This document shows, one piece after another, positions 12,401 through 22,857 of a stretch of DNA of 64,000 nt. A program made the position numbers and the translations under genes. Source of the stretch: Phyllosticta citribraziliensis (taxonomy: Eukaryota). The DNA lies in the NCBI RefSeq assembly GCF_038025025.1, contig NW_027117341.1, positions 558,001 through 622,000 of the forward strand, read 5' to 3'. A model generated the notes under the pieces. That model did no database searches. It saw nothing but the letters and a program-made list of their open reading frames with translations, and was not told the origin of the DNA. How positions within the stretch are numbered: position 1 is the stretch's first letter; every line of letters begins with the position of its first letter.

Positions 12401-14120
12401 AGTGACTGACAAGAACGGCACAAAATGCTCGCGCTTCCGCGAGAGCTTCATACAAATGTACGACGAACGCGGTGATGCAAGTAATGACCGGTCTGCTGCG
12501 GAATACTACCTATCTGCTGGGTGGCGCATCAATGCCCTTTCGGCTATTGAGCTGGAAGGCAATCACGGCAAGAGATATGTTCAAGTCGTCGTTGGCGCTG
12601 GGACGAGCTCCAAAACAGAAGAAAAAGCTGGGAGAGTTCACTTTTTGACGCGCAAGATTCGCGAAAACAACCGACCAGAGCTCGTACAACTCAAGGAGCT
12701 GAAATTCAGAGAGCAGGTCACATCATTGGCACCATATGGAGAGTCGAATGCGCTACTGGTCTGCTTTGGACGCAAGGTTCATCTCTACATGTTCCATGCG
12801 GAGAGCAAATCGTGAGTCTCCTGATTCTCACATCTGAATGGCACTAATCATCCTCTTAGGCTGCGTGTGGTCGCGGAAACTGAAATCCCCTCAATGGGAA
12901 TCCACGTTACAGCTGAAGGCGAACACGTCTACATCTCGACTGCTTCCGACTCTCTTCTGGTGTATCAAGTCATTGAACAGCCTGAATCTCCTGAAATGTC
13001 ACATCGCTTCGAGCTCTTATTCACAGACAGCCAGGCACGCGATACGTCTTGCCACGTACGTCTGCCGTTTTCGCAGTCTAAGCCGGAGTCCGCTGCAGTT
13101 CCAAATAGCGATGCGAGCACCGCCGATACATCTAATCCACGCGAAAATAGCGTCGCTCTTGTATCCGATAAGCGCGGCAGCGTTGCTGTCCTCTTCTTGC
13201 CACATCTCAGAGCCTACCAAACCGCCGTGCCAACTCTTGTCGAGGCTGCGCTGCCTCGCTCGGTCATGCGCCTCAGGCGTAGCACAGCTCCTCCCAATTC
13301 CAAAACACGCAGCCCAGAATCACGACCTCCTGGCGTGCTTGCAGACGACGTCATTGGAGCCGCCTCTGACGGCACCTTTTTCAACTTCTCCCTCGTCGAA
13401 GAACGGACGTGGCGGCTCTTGAAATTCCTAGAAAACATGTGCAAGCTGGAAGAGCAAAAGCGCCGGGCTCAGCGTCCGGGCAGCCATTTGCTGGCCATGC
13501 GTTTCGACCCCAGCACGACCAACGACCTCATCATCGCGCCGCTGCGCCACCTCGACCAATCGGAAGACAGCGCGGACGAGGTTCTCGCCGCCGCCGCCTC
13601 GTCTCAGCTCGCAGAGCACGACGCCATGGACCTCGACGATGAAAACGACGCTGTCGGCGGCGGCCCCGTCCTGCAGCCGTCCTCGAACCACGCCTCTGCC
13701 TACTCGGGCACCACGGAAACGATCCTGCGCGCCCTCGACCCGGACAAGAACCGCACAGGCCTCAAGCGGCGCACCGCGTACCACGTCGACGGCGACATTC
13801 TCGCGACCATCCTCGTCGGCGGCCGCGCGGAGGAGTCCCTCTTCGCCATGCTCAGCATCTTTCGGCGCGGCGACAACGGCGCCGTGTGGAAGCGTTTCGT
13901 CGAGGTGGTTGACCAGGCGCTCGGGCTGGACGGCGAGGGGCAGGTCAATAATGAGGGAAGTGAGACTGATGGCATCAGAGCGTTTGAGGGCATGGACATT
14001 TCGGGGGCTGGCGAGGTCAGGTCGGCGACGGCGAGGCAGACGGAGCGCGATGCTCGGATGAGGTTTAAGTGCCGGCTCGTGGTTGAGTGGTTGAAGCGGT
14101 TCATGGATCCGGTGTTGTAA
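9431..14120 (+). CDS. Mms1/DDB1/Rse1-like beta-propeller protein (MMS1_N type, resembles fungal 'thermotolerance' ThtA-like proteins); introns 10365-10415, 10838-10886, 12812-12859 (~1513 aa)
   Basis: GKHLAVDPRSRALAVG and NWSPTLDF...SGRSPYGSVSELRTG motifs of the Rse1/DDB1/Mms1 family; C-terminal HVDGDIL. Four ORF segments join in frame through canonical introns (4542 nt). Confidence 0.85.
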
Positions 14121-14960
14121 AGAGGCTGGAACTGGATGCTCGGCCTGCTGGTTCCCCTAAGTCTTCCTTTGCTCTTCTCTATTCCCCCCTTTCCCTCTTC
14201 CATCCTGCGCCTATGTCGCACTAGAAACACCACACAGCGACTGCAGAGAACCCCATCCTCCCTTATCTCTCCACCACAACTCTTCTTTTCCTTCCCTCGC
14301 ATCGTCTCTTCCCCCCATATCCCCCATCTATCTTCGGCGGCAGTCTGAAAGCAGCGCAGCGCAGCGCAACCAACTCTTCCTTGCTTGCTTACCTCGCTGT
14401 CTGTCTGGTCTTTGGTGTCGTCGGCTAGCGATCACTCATACACGTCATTTCGTCTTGCATATTTCGTTTTATCTCCCGTCTTGCGCTCCTTTCCCTACCC
14501 TCCATCTGCCTTGCTCTTCTTCTCTGTACCCTTCCTGCTCTCCCCTCTCTTTCCCCCTCTCTCAAATCTATATACACAGTCTCCACTGCATCGTCTCTCG
14601 GCCAACCAGCCCCATCGATCCATCCACCCATCCACCGCCTATCTCTTACTCACCCTGACTTTACTTCTCTTGGTCATGGCCGTCCAATTGCACCCCGTCG
14701 TCGTGGTCTAGACGACTTAGATACACATACAGAGAACAAGCGCAATGACAAACAAATTCACCTTGATGGAAATTAGGGTCTCTAGTGCATCTGCCCCAGG
14801 CGCCGGTCATTTCCTTTCTTCTTCCCGCTTGCTCTCCCATCAAAGATGCGTCGCGATTGTCTGCGGTGTCGGTTTGCCAGCCTGCCAGCCAGCAAGTGTG
14901 TGGTACAGTTATCTCATTCATTTGAAGATGCGACAAGCTACCTCACTCCTCCCTGCTCCC

Positions 14961-16484
14961 TCACCAATCATCATCATAATCCCTCGCCGCCTGCGCCTCC
15001 CTCCGCTGCCTCTCCCTCTCACTCTCCGCCTCCTCCGCCCGTCTTACCGCATCGCAGACCCAATGCAAATGGCGCTCCTTTTCCCACATCTCCTCTTGTC
15101 CGTGCCCGGGCCCGTTCCCCGGCGCGCAGCAGCACCGCGCCGGCACCGGACACCTTGCCTGGCCCTGTGGGCGCGTCCAGCTCGCCGCCGGTGCTGGATA
15201 GGCATTAACACCACCGACACTGTCGAGGCAGCCGTCGCTGCCGCTGCCGGGCCCGCCGCGGTAGTCTCCCGATTCAAGTGTGTTGTTGGTGGTGGAGGTG
15301 GTGGTGATGTCGAACCGACGCAGCAGGCCGCGGGCGATGAGGGAGCGGAAGGGCGAGTACGACAGTTTGGCCGAGTGCAGGTAGAAGGGGAGGAACTCGA
15401 GGAGCGGCGTGCTGAGGGGTTGCGCTTGGGTGCTGTTGCAGCTTAGCGTGAGAGTGAAGGGGCGGGGGTGAGGGTTGTATGGCGCTCTAATGGTTGATGA
15501 CGGCGGTGGTGGTTGTGGGGTTGGTCGTGAGTGGGGTTCTTTTGATAATGATGATGATGATGGGGCTGGTGGGGGAGGGATTGTTTTGGTTGAGGATGAT
15601 GCTGTTGGCGCAACTGGTCGCGACCAAGGTTTTTCTGTTGATGTCGGACATGATGGTGGAGGTAGTGGCTTCCAAGGCCCTTTGCTGAAGCAACACGGTC
15701 CCTCCGTGACGGCTCTCGCCACCATATCTCCCAGCGTCCAGTGCAGCAGCAGCACGCCGTGCTCAGCAACACGTAGAAGAGAGCGAACTACCGGTGCAGG
15801 CGGCGGCAGCGGCGGCCGCAGTTCCGGACGGCAGAGGAAATGGTAGCGGCGGAATAGCGCGGACAAATACTGCGGAGGCTCCTGGTCATCATCATGATGT
15901 CGCTGATCCTGTCCGGAACATGGTGACAGGCTGCCCTGGTCCTGGTCCTGGTTCTCATCCTCAGGAGTCGGCTTCTCCCGCATGGTTCTTTCGACCTGGA
16001 CGACCAGGTTCACGGGCTGCCGCAGCTCATCTTGCTGCAGCTGAAGACTCTCCTTTCCTTTCCCAGTGGTGGCTTTTGCATGTCTCGAATCCTCCGGCCA
16101 CGTCCTCGTCGGCAGAACCACCCAATCGACCCGGTACCGCTCGCGTTCTCCTGTCACGTCGCCCTCCTCCTCCTCGATCCGCAGACGCATCACGTATCTC
16201 AGCTTCCCGTGTACATGGAGCCGTTCGAGTGTATCATGCGTTTCAGCGCCAATCTGGCGACACGTGAGAAGGAGGCCGCCGCCGTTGGTTTGTGGGTGCA
16301 GTGGAAAGTTGAAGATTGGTTGCCACTTTTTCTGCGCAGAGCTGGTGATGAAGATCGAGGATGGGATCGGCTGTTTTGTGTACTTTTGGGTTGGAGGTGG
16401 TGGAGGGAGTGCAGTCGTCAGACAGAGGTCCAAGATCTGGTCCCGGATTTCGCGCGGGAGAGACAGGAGAGTTGCAGGTGGCAT
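14961..16484 (-). CDS. Uncharacterised F-box-like protein, intronless (507 aa)
   Basis: Long ATG-started ORF; LLSLPREIRDQILDLCL and LLLTCRQIGAE, typical fungal F-box-like/2EXR-like N-terminus; Pro-rich low-complexity segments. Confidence 0.7.
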   Translation of the reverse strand: MPPATLLSLPREIRDQILDLCLTTALPPPPPTQKYTKQPIPSSIFITSSAQKKWQPIFNFPLHPQTNGGGLLLTCRQIGAETHDTLERLHVHGKLRYVMRLRIEEEEGDVTGERERYRVDWVVLPTRTWPEDSRHAKATTGKGKESLQLQQDELRQPVNLVVQVERTMREKPTPEDENQDQDQGSLSPCSGQDQRHHDDDQEPPQYLSALFRRYHFLCRPELRPPLPPPAPVVRSLLRVAEHGVLLLHWTLGDMVARAVTEGPCCFSKGPWKPLPPPSCPTSTEKPWSRPVAPTASSSTKTIPPPPAPSSSSLSKEPHSRPTPQPPPPSSTIRAPYNPHPRPFTLTLSCNSTQAQPLSTPLLEFLPFYLHSAKLSYSPFRSLIARGLLRRFDITTTSTTNNTLESGDYRGGPGSGSDGCLDSVGGVNAYPAPAASWTRPQGQARCPVPARCCCAPGNGPGHGQEEMWEKERHLHWVCDAVRRAEEAESERERQRREAQAARDYDDDW

Positions 16485-17146
16485 TTCTGCGCGTCGTGGT
16501 TTGATGTTTGCTGACTGATTTCTTTTGACGATTCAAACAGCAACAAATACCGCAATTGACCGAATCGGCGCGCGAAAGATGGAGTAGGAACAAAGTGACA
16601 ACGACGAAGACAAGACGTGGTTTGACCGGCAAAGAGCTATAAGGTGAAGAAGGGACAAGGTCAGGTAACTCAGCGCCGATAGCCATAAATAAACGCGGCA
16701 GCCTGGACGCGCAAAAGACAGCTTACAGCTTGGGGCCACAAAGAAAGGGTTGCGACGTGATGGCGCTAGGGTCTAAACAACCGAGGGTTTCCCAATGCGG
16801 AAACATGGCTGGGCCCTCGGCCATCATGGTACCAGAAGACGAGCGCAGGGGCCATGTGGAGCGACAATCGACTCAGCCCAGTCGGTACGAATGTTGCGAG
16901 AAATCGAATGCGTAAGGTGACAAGGCAGCCATTTTGGTTGCAGAGCTGAGTCAGAGGTACATGAGGCTGAAAGCTGACGTGCAGGATCCGACTCGTGCCA
17001 TGGGGAGGGAAGACTGGATGTCTTGATCTAGCCTCGTGTGGACCTCATGGATCTGCAGTGGTCTAAAGGTACACCCGTTTGAAACATCTGCTCGATATCA
17101 GCACAAAAGGGTGGGAACAAGACAATCCTGCACTTGACGTCAAAAC

Positions 17147-18256
17147 TCAATCTTGGGCATTCGCGGAACGCCCAAGAACCCGCTCCACAGCTCTTGCAAC
17201 ATTGCAGTCGATTCTTTCTTGACCGTCTACAGGCCCACGACCCTCTCTTTTTCGCCACTCTGCATCTTCTTCCTTTTGATCGGAGGACCTTGGACCCGCA
17301 ATAGAACCAAAGCGCTCCTCCACCGGCAGGCCACAATTGTGGTCCAGCACGCGTAATCTGCTCTGGAGGAAGGCTGCCTGGAAAAGCTGTCCAGTAAGAC
17401 TTCGAAGGTTCCAGGTCTTCAGTATGTGGCCGTCCAGCCGGACATCAATCGTCTCGATGCAGTCGTAGACGTTTGACGTACAACTCATCTTACGCGGAGC
17501 GATCAGAGTGCGCCAGATGAGCATTTCGAATTCAAGAACAACAGCCTTGGGATGCACCATTCCGGTGTAATATGACTTCCAGGCCTCGCGGGTGTTTCTG
17601 AGCCGTCGAGAAACAGTGAGGTCGCAGCGCTGCCTGAAGCGCTCTGGCGGTACCGACGGTGAGACGACGTTCAGCGAGAGATGGCGCACTGATCGTCTGC
17701 GGGGCGGCTCTGTGGGAATCAAGGGTCCTTGGAATGCGGGGCCCCATTTGACGAAGCGCCTCAAGATGGCGGCAAGGCAATAGAGAATCTTTGGATTCGG
17801 CTCCGGGTGGAAGACTTGAAAGAAGGATTGGTCAGGCACGTCGGGGAGAAGATCGTTGGTTCCGTGCCACGACGGCAGCCCCGTGAATCGAAAGTCGACT
17901 TCGAGGTAATCATAATGGAGCGAGTCGACGGGAAGTAACAGCCAGTCCAGTCTGAAGAACTTTTCATTGCGGATGAGAATGTTGAGCTTGCTGTTGACGC
18001 GGTGATGGGCATAAAGTCGAAGAATAGTCGCCTGTACCTCGGCATTGACTGCCCGGTTGACTCGCAAGAGTGAGACGCTCGCGATGGTAAATTTTGAGCC
18101 AGGATAGCTGACTGTTTCGTCACTCAACGTGTTTCCTCGGATATATGCGTCCGGATCGGGCGATTCTGGCGGAGAAGATGGAGTCGTGAGGCAAGCTTCC
18201 CAAATGCAGTCGCGGAGCTCGCGTGGAAGATCCATCAAGTTGGGGGGCAGCCTCAT
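17147..18256 (-). CDS. Uncharacterised F-box-like protein, paralogue of 14961-16484 (~369 aa)
   Basis: ATG at 18256; LMDLPRELRDCIWEACL and LLRVNRAVNAE; shares RxDWxxLP with the neighbouring gene. Confidence 0.72.
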   Translation of the reverse strand: MRLPPNLMDLPRELRDCIWEACLTTPSSPPESPDPDAYIRGNTLSDETVSYPGSKFTIASVSLLRVNRAVNAEVQATILRLYAHHRVNSKLNILIRNEKFFRLDWLLLPVDSLHYDYLEVDFRFTGLPSWHGTNDLLPDVPDQSFFQVFHPEPNPKILYCLAAILRRFVKWGPAFQGPLIPTEPPRRRSVRHLSLNVVSPSVPPERFRQRCDLTVSRRLRNTREAWKSYYTGMVHPKAVVLEFEMLIWRTLIAPRKMSCTSNVYDCIETIDVRLDGHILKTWNLRSLTGQLFQAAFLQSRLRVLDHNCGLPVEERFGSIAGPRSSDQKEEDAEWRKREGRGPVDGQERIDCNVARAVERVLGRSANAQD

Positions 18257-18952
18257 CTTGGTTGTAAAGAAGCGACCAATAATGGAAGAAGATGGAGGTT
18301 GCAGGAGGACGTTGATGAAATAGAATTCTAGCCCTTGGATACGAATTGCGAGCAAAGGGAGCGTCCGTCGTTCACGGCAGGTGGCAATCTGGACCCGATT
18401 CGAGACTGCCCCGCCTAGACCCTTTCATGACTCGCACGCATTTGACGTCATCCGCCTTATCTTTCCCACTTTCGAGCACCTTTGATATCCAGAAAACACA
18501 AAGACGCGTGATGTCTTCTTGCCAATGGATTAGCACATGTGAGAAGCATTCACGTCTTCCATGTGGCGGCGCGGGGCTATTCTCACCCTCACCAGTTCAG
18601 TAAAACAACGCTCTATGAATGGAGTATTCTTCAATTGATTGGTTCTACCTATTTTGGACTGACATTCATCCGTTGCCTCGGTTCATACATTACAAAAATA
18701 TCCCTCGGAAAGAAAATCGTTGACATGGCGCCCATGAATCGTCGTATAGTCATGAGCCTGCCGCGCCAGAATGCATGCTGGAAAAATAAAGCGAAAGACA
18801 AGTACACCGCCAAATCGTAGATATGAAATCACAGGGAAGAAGAAAAGGGTAATAGACAGTGAAATATTCCTGGCCCGATATCAGCTGTGAAAGAGCCCTG
18901 CACCTTGCGGGAGAGCCTTGATGGCTCGGAATGTCCAAGCCGTCCTTTCGGA

Positions 18953-20625
18953 CTAGGCCATTTTTTCGACTTCAAGGTAAAACTCCTCTTGGTTCTTTGC
19001 GTTCTTCCTACTAGATGTGCCGACGAAGAGCGCCCAGCAGCTGACGACAATGACAGTCAGTGGGATGGCAGCCGCGAGGTAGATCCAATATCTTGAGGTG
19101 CCGACGTTGACGATGGGCATGCAGAAAATGACCTGGCGAACCAATGAGTCAGTGAATTCAAGAAGGTGTAGTGTGGCTGCTCAGATACTTACGGCAATAA
19201 ACATTGCGGGAAGGAATAGAGCGAGAAGCAATGCTGCCGCTTTCATGGAGGGGCTGTCCCGCTTCGTGGCGCTCACTAGGCTCTTGCTGTCCTTTGCCAT
19301 TTCTAGGTTCAGCCGGGCAATATTCTTGTAGCTGTGCACCATTTCGATATTTTGCTTGCTATCTCGTTGAATGTAAAGCGTATTGAGCTGTGCCTAGGTC
19401 AGCGGGCGATCACTAATCAGGAGTCTTTACTTACGACGGACGACAGAAATTCCATGCGTTTTTGGAGCGTTTCAATGTGACTTGCAGCCGATGACCTAGA
19501 TTGTAGCAGGTATTCCATATGGTCCAGTAGCTCGATGCTCGACGACTTCATGCGCAGTTGGCTTGAAGGTTCCGAGATTGTTGGAACTAGTCCGGTTACC
19601 GCATCGATGGCTCGGCAGATGGGCTCCACCAGGTTGGCTCCGTAGAGACTACAGAAATACGAGCTGTTGCAAAGTCTCGCAGTGACATTGATGGCTTTGG
19701 TCACTGCCTTTTCTGTCTCGCTGTGGAAATCTGCATCTGATTGGGTCCTGTCCCGCAGTCCCGTGACTCTTTCGAGGTTCAATACATCTCCGGCGAGCGA
19801 TTGGATGTCAATGGTGGAGAACTCGTCAATGCAGAATGCTGCAATGATTGAGGGTGCCATCATTGGGTGACAAGCGTGGGCCTTTGAATTTCGAAGTCGG
19901 TGTACAATCTCGTACATTTCAGGGACGCGGGCCAGCAGGAGCCCTACTGTTGTATTCGTCTGCGAATTGTACGCCACTGCAGCTGCGCTTGTGTACGCTC
20001 GGACAACCCAGGCTTTTTCTCGTCAGCAAGTGGGACGCGATCTGCATGGTGCCAACTCACACATAATTCCATCAGATTCGAGCTTTGTCCTTGCCGTGGA
20101 TACGCAGTAGTGGATTTTGAAGCATGACGTCAAAAATGTTGGCGGTATCGAGCAGTGATCCAGTAAAGTTTCAAAAGCGTTGCGGTTGAAAGGGAGCGTG
20201 GGCGTTTGGTCCTGCCATGGCCCAATTCTACAGGTTGTTAGATGGCTGTCATTTCTGGGGAAAGAGAAACATACATGAATCGAGAGCCGCCTTTACAACC
20301 GGGCATGCGCTTTCGATTCGGGGCCTAGAGGATGGGGGATGAGTTTATCTTCACGAGTTGATCGGACATGACGGCTTACATCTTCCTTGACCCATCTTTC
20401 CACTTCATGAGGCTCCAAATAACCGTTTCGCTCGATCACTTCGCCTGACTCCAGTTGCCAGAGCTCCAAGTACTGGCAAGTTTTGGGTTCAAAGCGACTC
20501 GCATCGTTGAGGTACTCATCAAATCGGGGATCACACAGAGAAGCCCTCAGGACAGAGTCTCGTGGGTATTTGGCGCCAGAGCTCTGTGAAAGACGCTTGG
20601 CCGTCGGGTCGTTTCCAGGTAACAT
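18953..20625 (-). CDS. Fungal CorA-like (Mg2+ transporter-fold) membrane protein, multi-exon
   Basis: HPM motif and helical core; C-terminal ATKRDSPSMKAAALLLALFLPAMFIA|VIFCMP...YWIYLAAAIPLT two-TM pattern. GTAAGT donors and CTGAC branch sites link the ORF pieces; 5' exon boundaries are less certain. Confidence 0.7.
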
Positions 20626-20697
20626 GGTGCTCCGAGCTCAAAATCAGGAACAATGAGAGAGAAAAACAAACGCCACAAGGCCAGAGAGTACGGACAG

Positions 20698-20703
20698 TAT
20701 ATA
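20698..20703 (-). promoter_or_regulatory. Candidate TATA box (TATATA) ~75 bp upstream of the CorA-like ATG
   Basis: GTATATAAAC in GC-rich context at a plausible distance. Confidence 0.35.
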
Positions 20704-21602
20704 AACACGGGCAGGGCGGTATCACCTCTCTAGTTTCCTTTGATGCAGCCGCGTCCGATGTAGACGGCCAATGGCATGGCAGGCTGGAAACAGGACCCTG
20801 CGCAGGAACCGGCCACTCAAACGATAGCATTGAGACATGGTGACAGGGATGTCGGACGATCCAAAGGCTTGCGCAGGGTAAAGATATTCACGGGGCGAGG
20901 ATGCGTTGATAGCAAGCGGCAGCGAAAGGCTGGGGAGGATGCGGAGCCGCGCGCGGTTCGAAACGACCTGGGCAAACGGGCGCTGGGGATCCAGGACAAA
21001 CGACTTTGTAGCCACCGACGAGGTCGACGGGGACAACGACAAAAGCAAAGCGCGCATGTGCGAGATTGATTGAAGGCCGGCAAAAGCAGCCAACCGTCAG
21101 CTTATCGGCATGTGGAGTCGACCCGAACAGGCAGCAGAAGTGGACCTGATATTGAGACTGCATCAGGCCGTGGTTGAGCTGCAGTCGATTTCGTGGTTGA
21201 GGTCGCACGGCAACAGCGGCGCGTCACGATGGATGGCCGACGCGGACAAGGCGGCCAGCCACCCAGCCACACCCGCGCGGGACGATGGACGGGAGAGGGA
21301 GAGGGAAGGTTGTGGTGTTGTTGATGGTTGTTTTGTTTGCTGCTGACTCACCCGCTTTGCCGACCGCGGCGTCTCCCATCGTCCGACGACGACGCGTTGT
21401 GCACCCCCGCCGCCTCCACCCACCTCCACTCGCCCTCGTCTTCCATTACCCGTGTACTGTACAACCCCGTCGCCAAGTCACTCCATGCAGCCTCGCCATT
21501 GCTTGTCGTCGTAGTTAACTTCTTCGTCGCCTCTGTAATTGTCGCCCGACCTCTCGTCATTGCCTCACGCTTTCCTACCACAGTACCAAACACGCAATCA
21601 AC

Positions 21603-22343
21603 ATGTTAACATACAGAGGCTCTCGGATTCTCAGAGTCTTTGTGTATCTTCCGCCTTTGGCCATTGGCTGGTACGCCAGAGATGCAACTCGTCGGTTCAA
21701 GCAACTGGAACAACAGTATCCTTCGCTCGACCCAGACGACACCAACTCCACCACCGCGCTCACAACGCCCTTTTTCTGGAATCACCAATACTACTTTCAT
21801 ACCCCACACATTGACATTTTTTCCGCCAAGGTTCCTGCCAGGGCTCTCCAGAGAGCATCTGGTGACAGCGACGCCAAGTCCTTCGAAGAAGCCTGGGCCC
21901 GGAAATTTCTCTCGTCCCCAGTCCTGCGTGCCGAGTCGCGACTCTTTGGTCTCGGTTCTCCCGGTGACTGTGGTGAGGACGGTATGCCCCAAGGCCGGGC
22001 TCTTCTCAACGGCCTCTTCATTGTAGTGCGTGCCCCGGAGACACACGCGCCAGTGCTGTTGCGCTGGGACATGGCCCCTGGTGTCGTTGGTTTCTTTCGC
22101 ACCATGGCGACCCAGCTGGGGTACCCTTGGCGCATGATGAGCGGTGGCCGGCACGAGCTCAGTGTGGGCGAGGTTGATGCTGATGGTATGGTCGAGGTGC
22201 GCTTCTCCAGTGCCCATGATTATGAGTGGCTGCCAGGAGAAGGAAACGAACAAAAGACAATTCCTAATTGGGTTCTCCGACTACACAGAACCTATGCAAG
22301 ATGGTTGTTGGACGAGAGAGTTAGAGAGCTTTCAAACTCATGA
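21603..22343 (+). CDS. Hypothetical protein, intronless (246 aa)
   Basis: ATG-started ORF with globular composition, short N-terminal hydrophobic segment, and motif-like GYPWRMMSGGRHELSV / LHRTYARWLLD. Confidence 0.75.
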   Translation: MLTYRGSRILRVFVYLPPLAIGWYARDATRRFKQLEQQYPSLDPDDTNSTTALTTPFFWNHQYYFHTPHIDIFSAKVPARALQRASGDSDAKSFEEAWARKFLSSPVLRAESRLFGLGSPGDCGEDGMPQGRALLNGLFIVVRAPETHAPVLLRWDMAPGVVGFFRTMATQLGYPWRMMSGGRHELSVGEVDADGMVEVRFSSAHDYEWLPGEGNEQKTIPNWVLRLHRTYARWLLDERVRELSNS

Positions 22344-22857
22344 AAGTCATGAAATGGAGAATTGTTCAACCAAGATCTGCCCACCAATGTTCAAGGGTTG
22401 CGGGGAACCCGGCAGTGGTTGCGCAAACAACAACTGACCCCAAAATTCTGGACCTTGGGACGCCCCTGATGCCTGGACACCGCGCGAACGTTTGAAATGT
22501 CCCGCATTGTGGCTTGGATAGCGAAAGGAAAAAGGTCGGCAGCCTTAGTGGCGGATTTTCCTGGCCTCCAGGATTTCTTGCATGACGCCCCTAGTCCCAA
22601 ATCATCAGAGTACCTGCATTGGCGCTGGAAAGGAGCCGCAGATCTTAAGATGGGGTTCCCCGTCCATCTCACAAGTTACCTCTGGTTGCTTACCAGTGCA
22701 ACGTGTGTCAAGGGCACATCGTCAGATTTTGACCCAATAGGCAACTCGAGGTAAGGCGCAACACATTTGTCTCGACGATCTCTCCGAATCCCTCATCACT
22801 AATTGTGGCCGCTTAATCTGTTGACGCTCTACAGGGACTCCGTTCCATCTCGCTTGC

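Noticed and set aside
14130..14700. Long pyrimidine-rich tract with hydrophobic ORFs (also 4015-4461)
   Set aside because: Low-complexity 3' UTR or terminator sequence between convergent genes; the hydrophobic translations reflect base composition.
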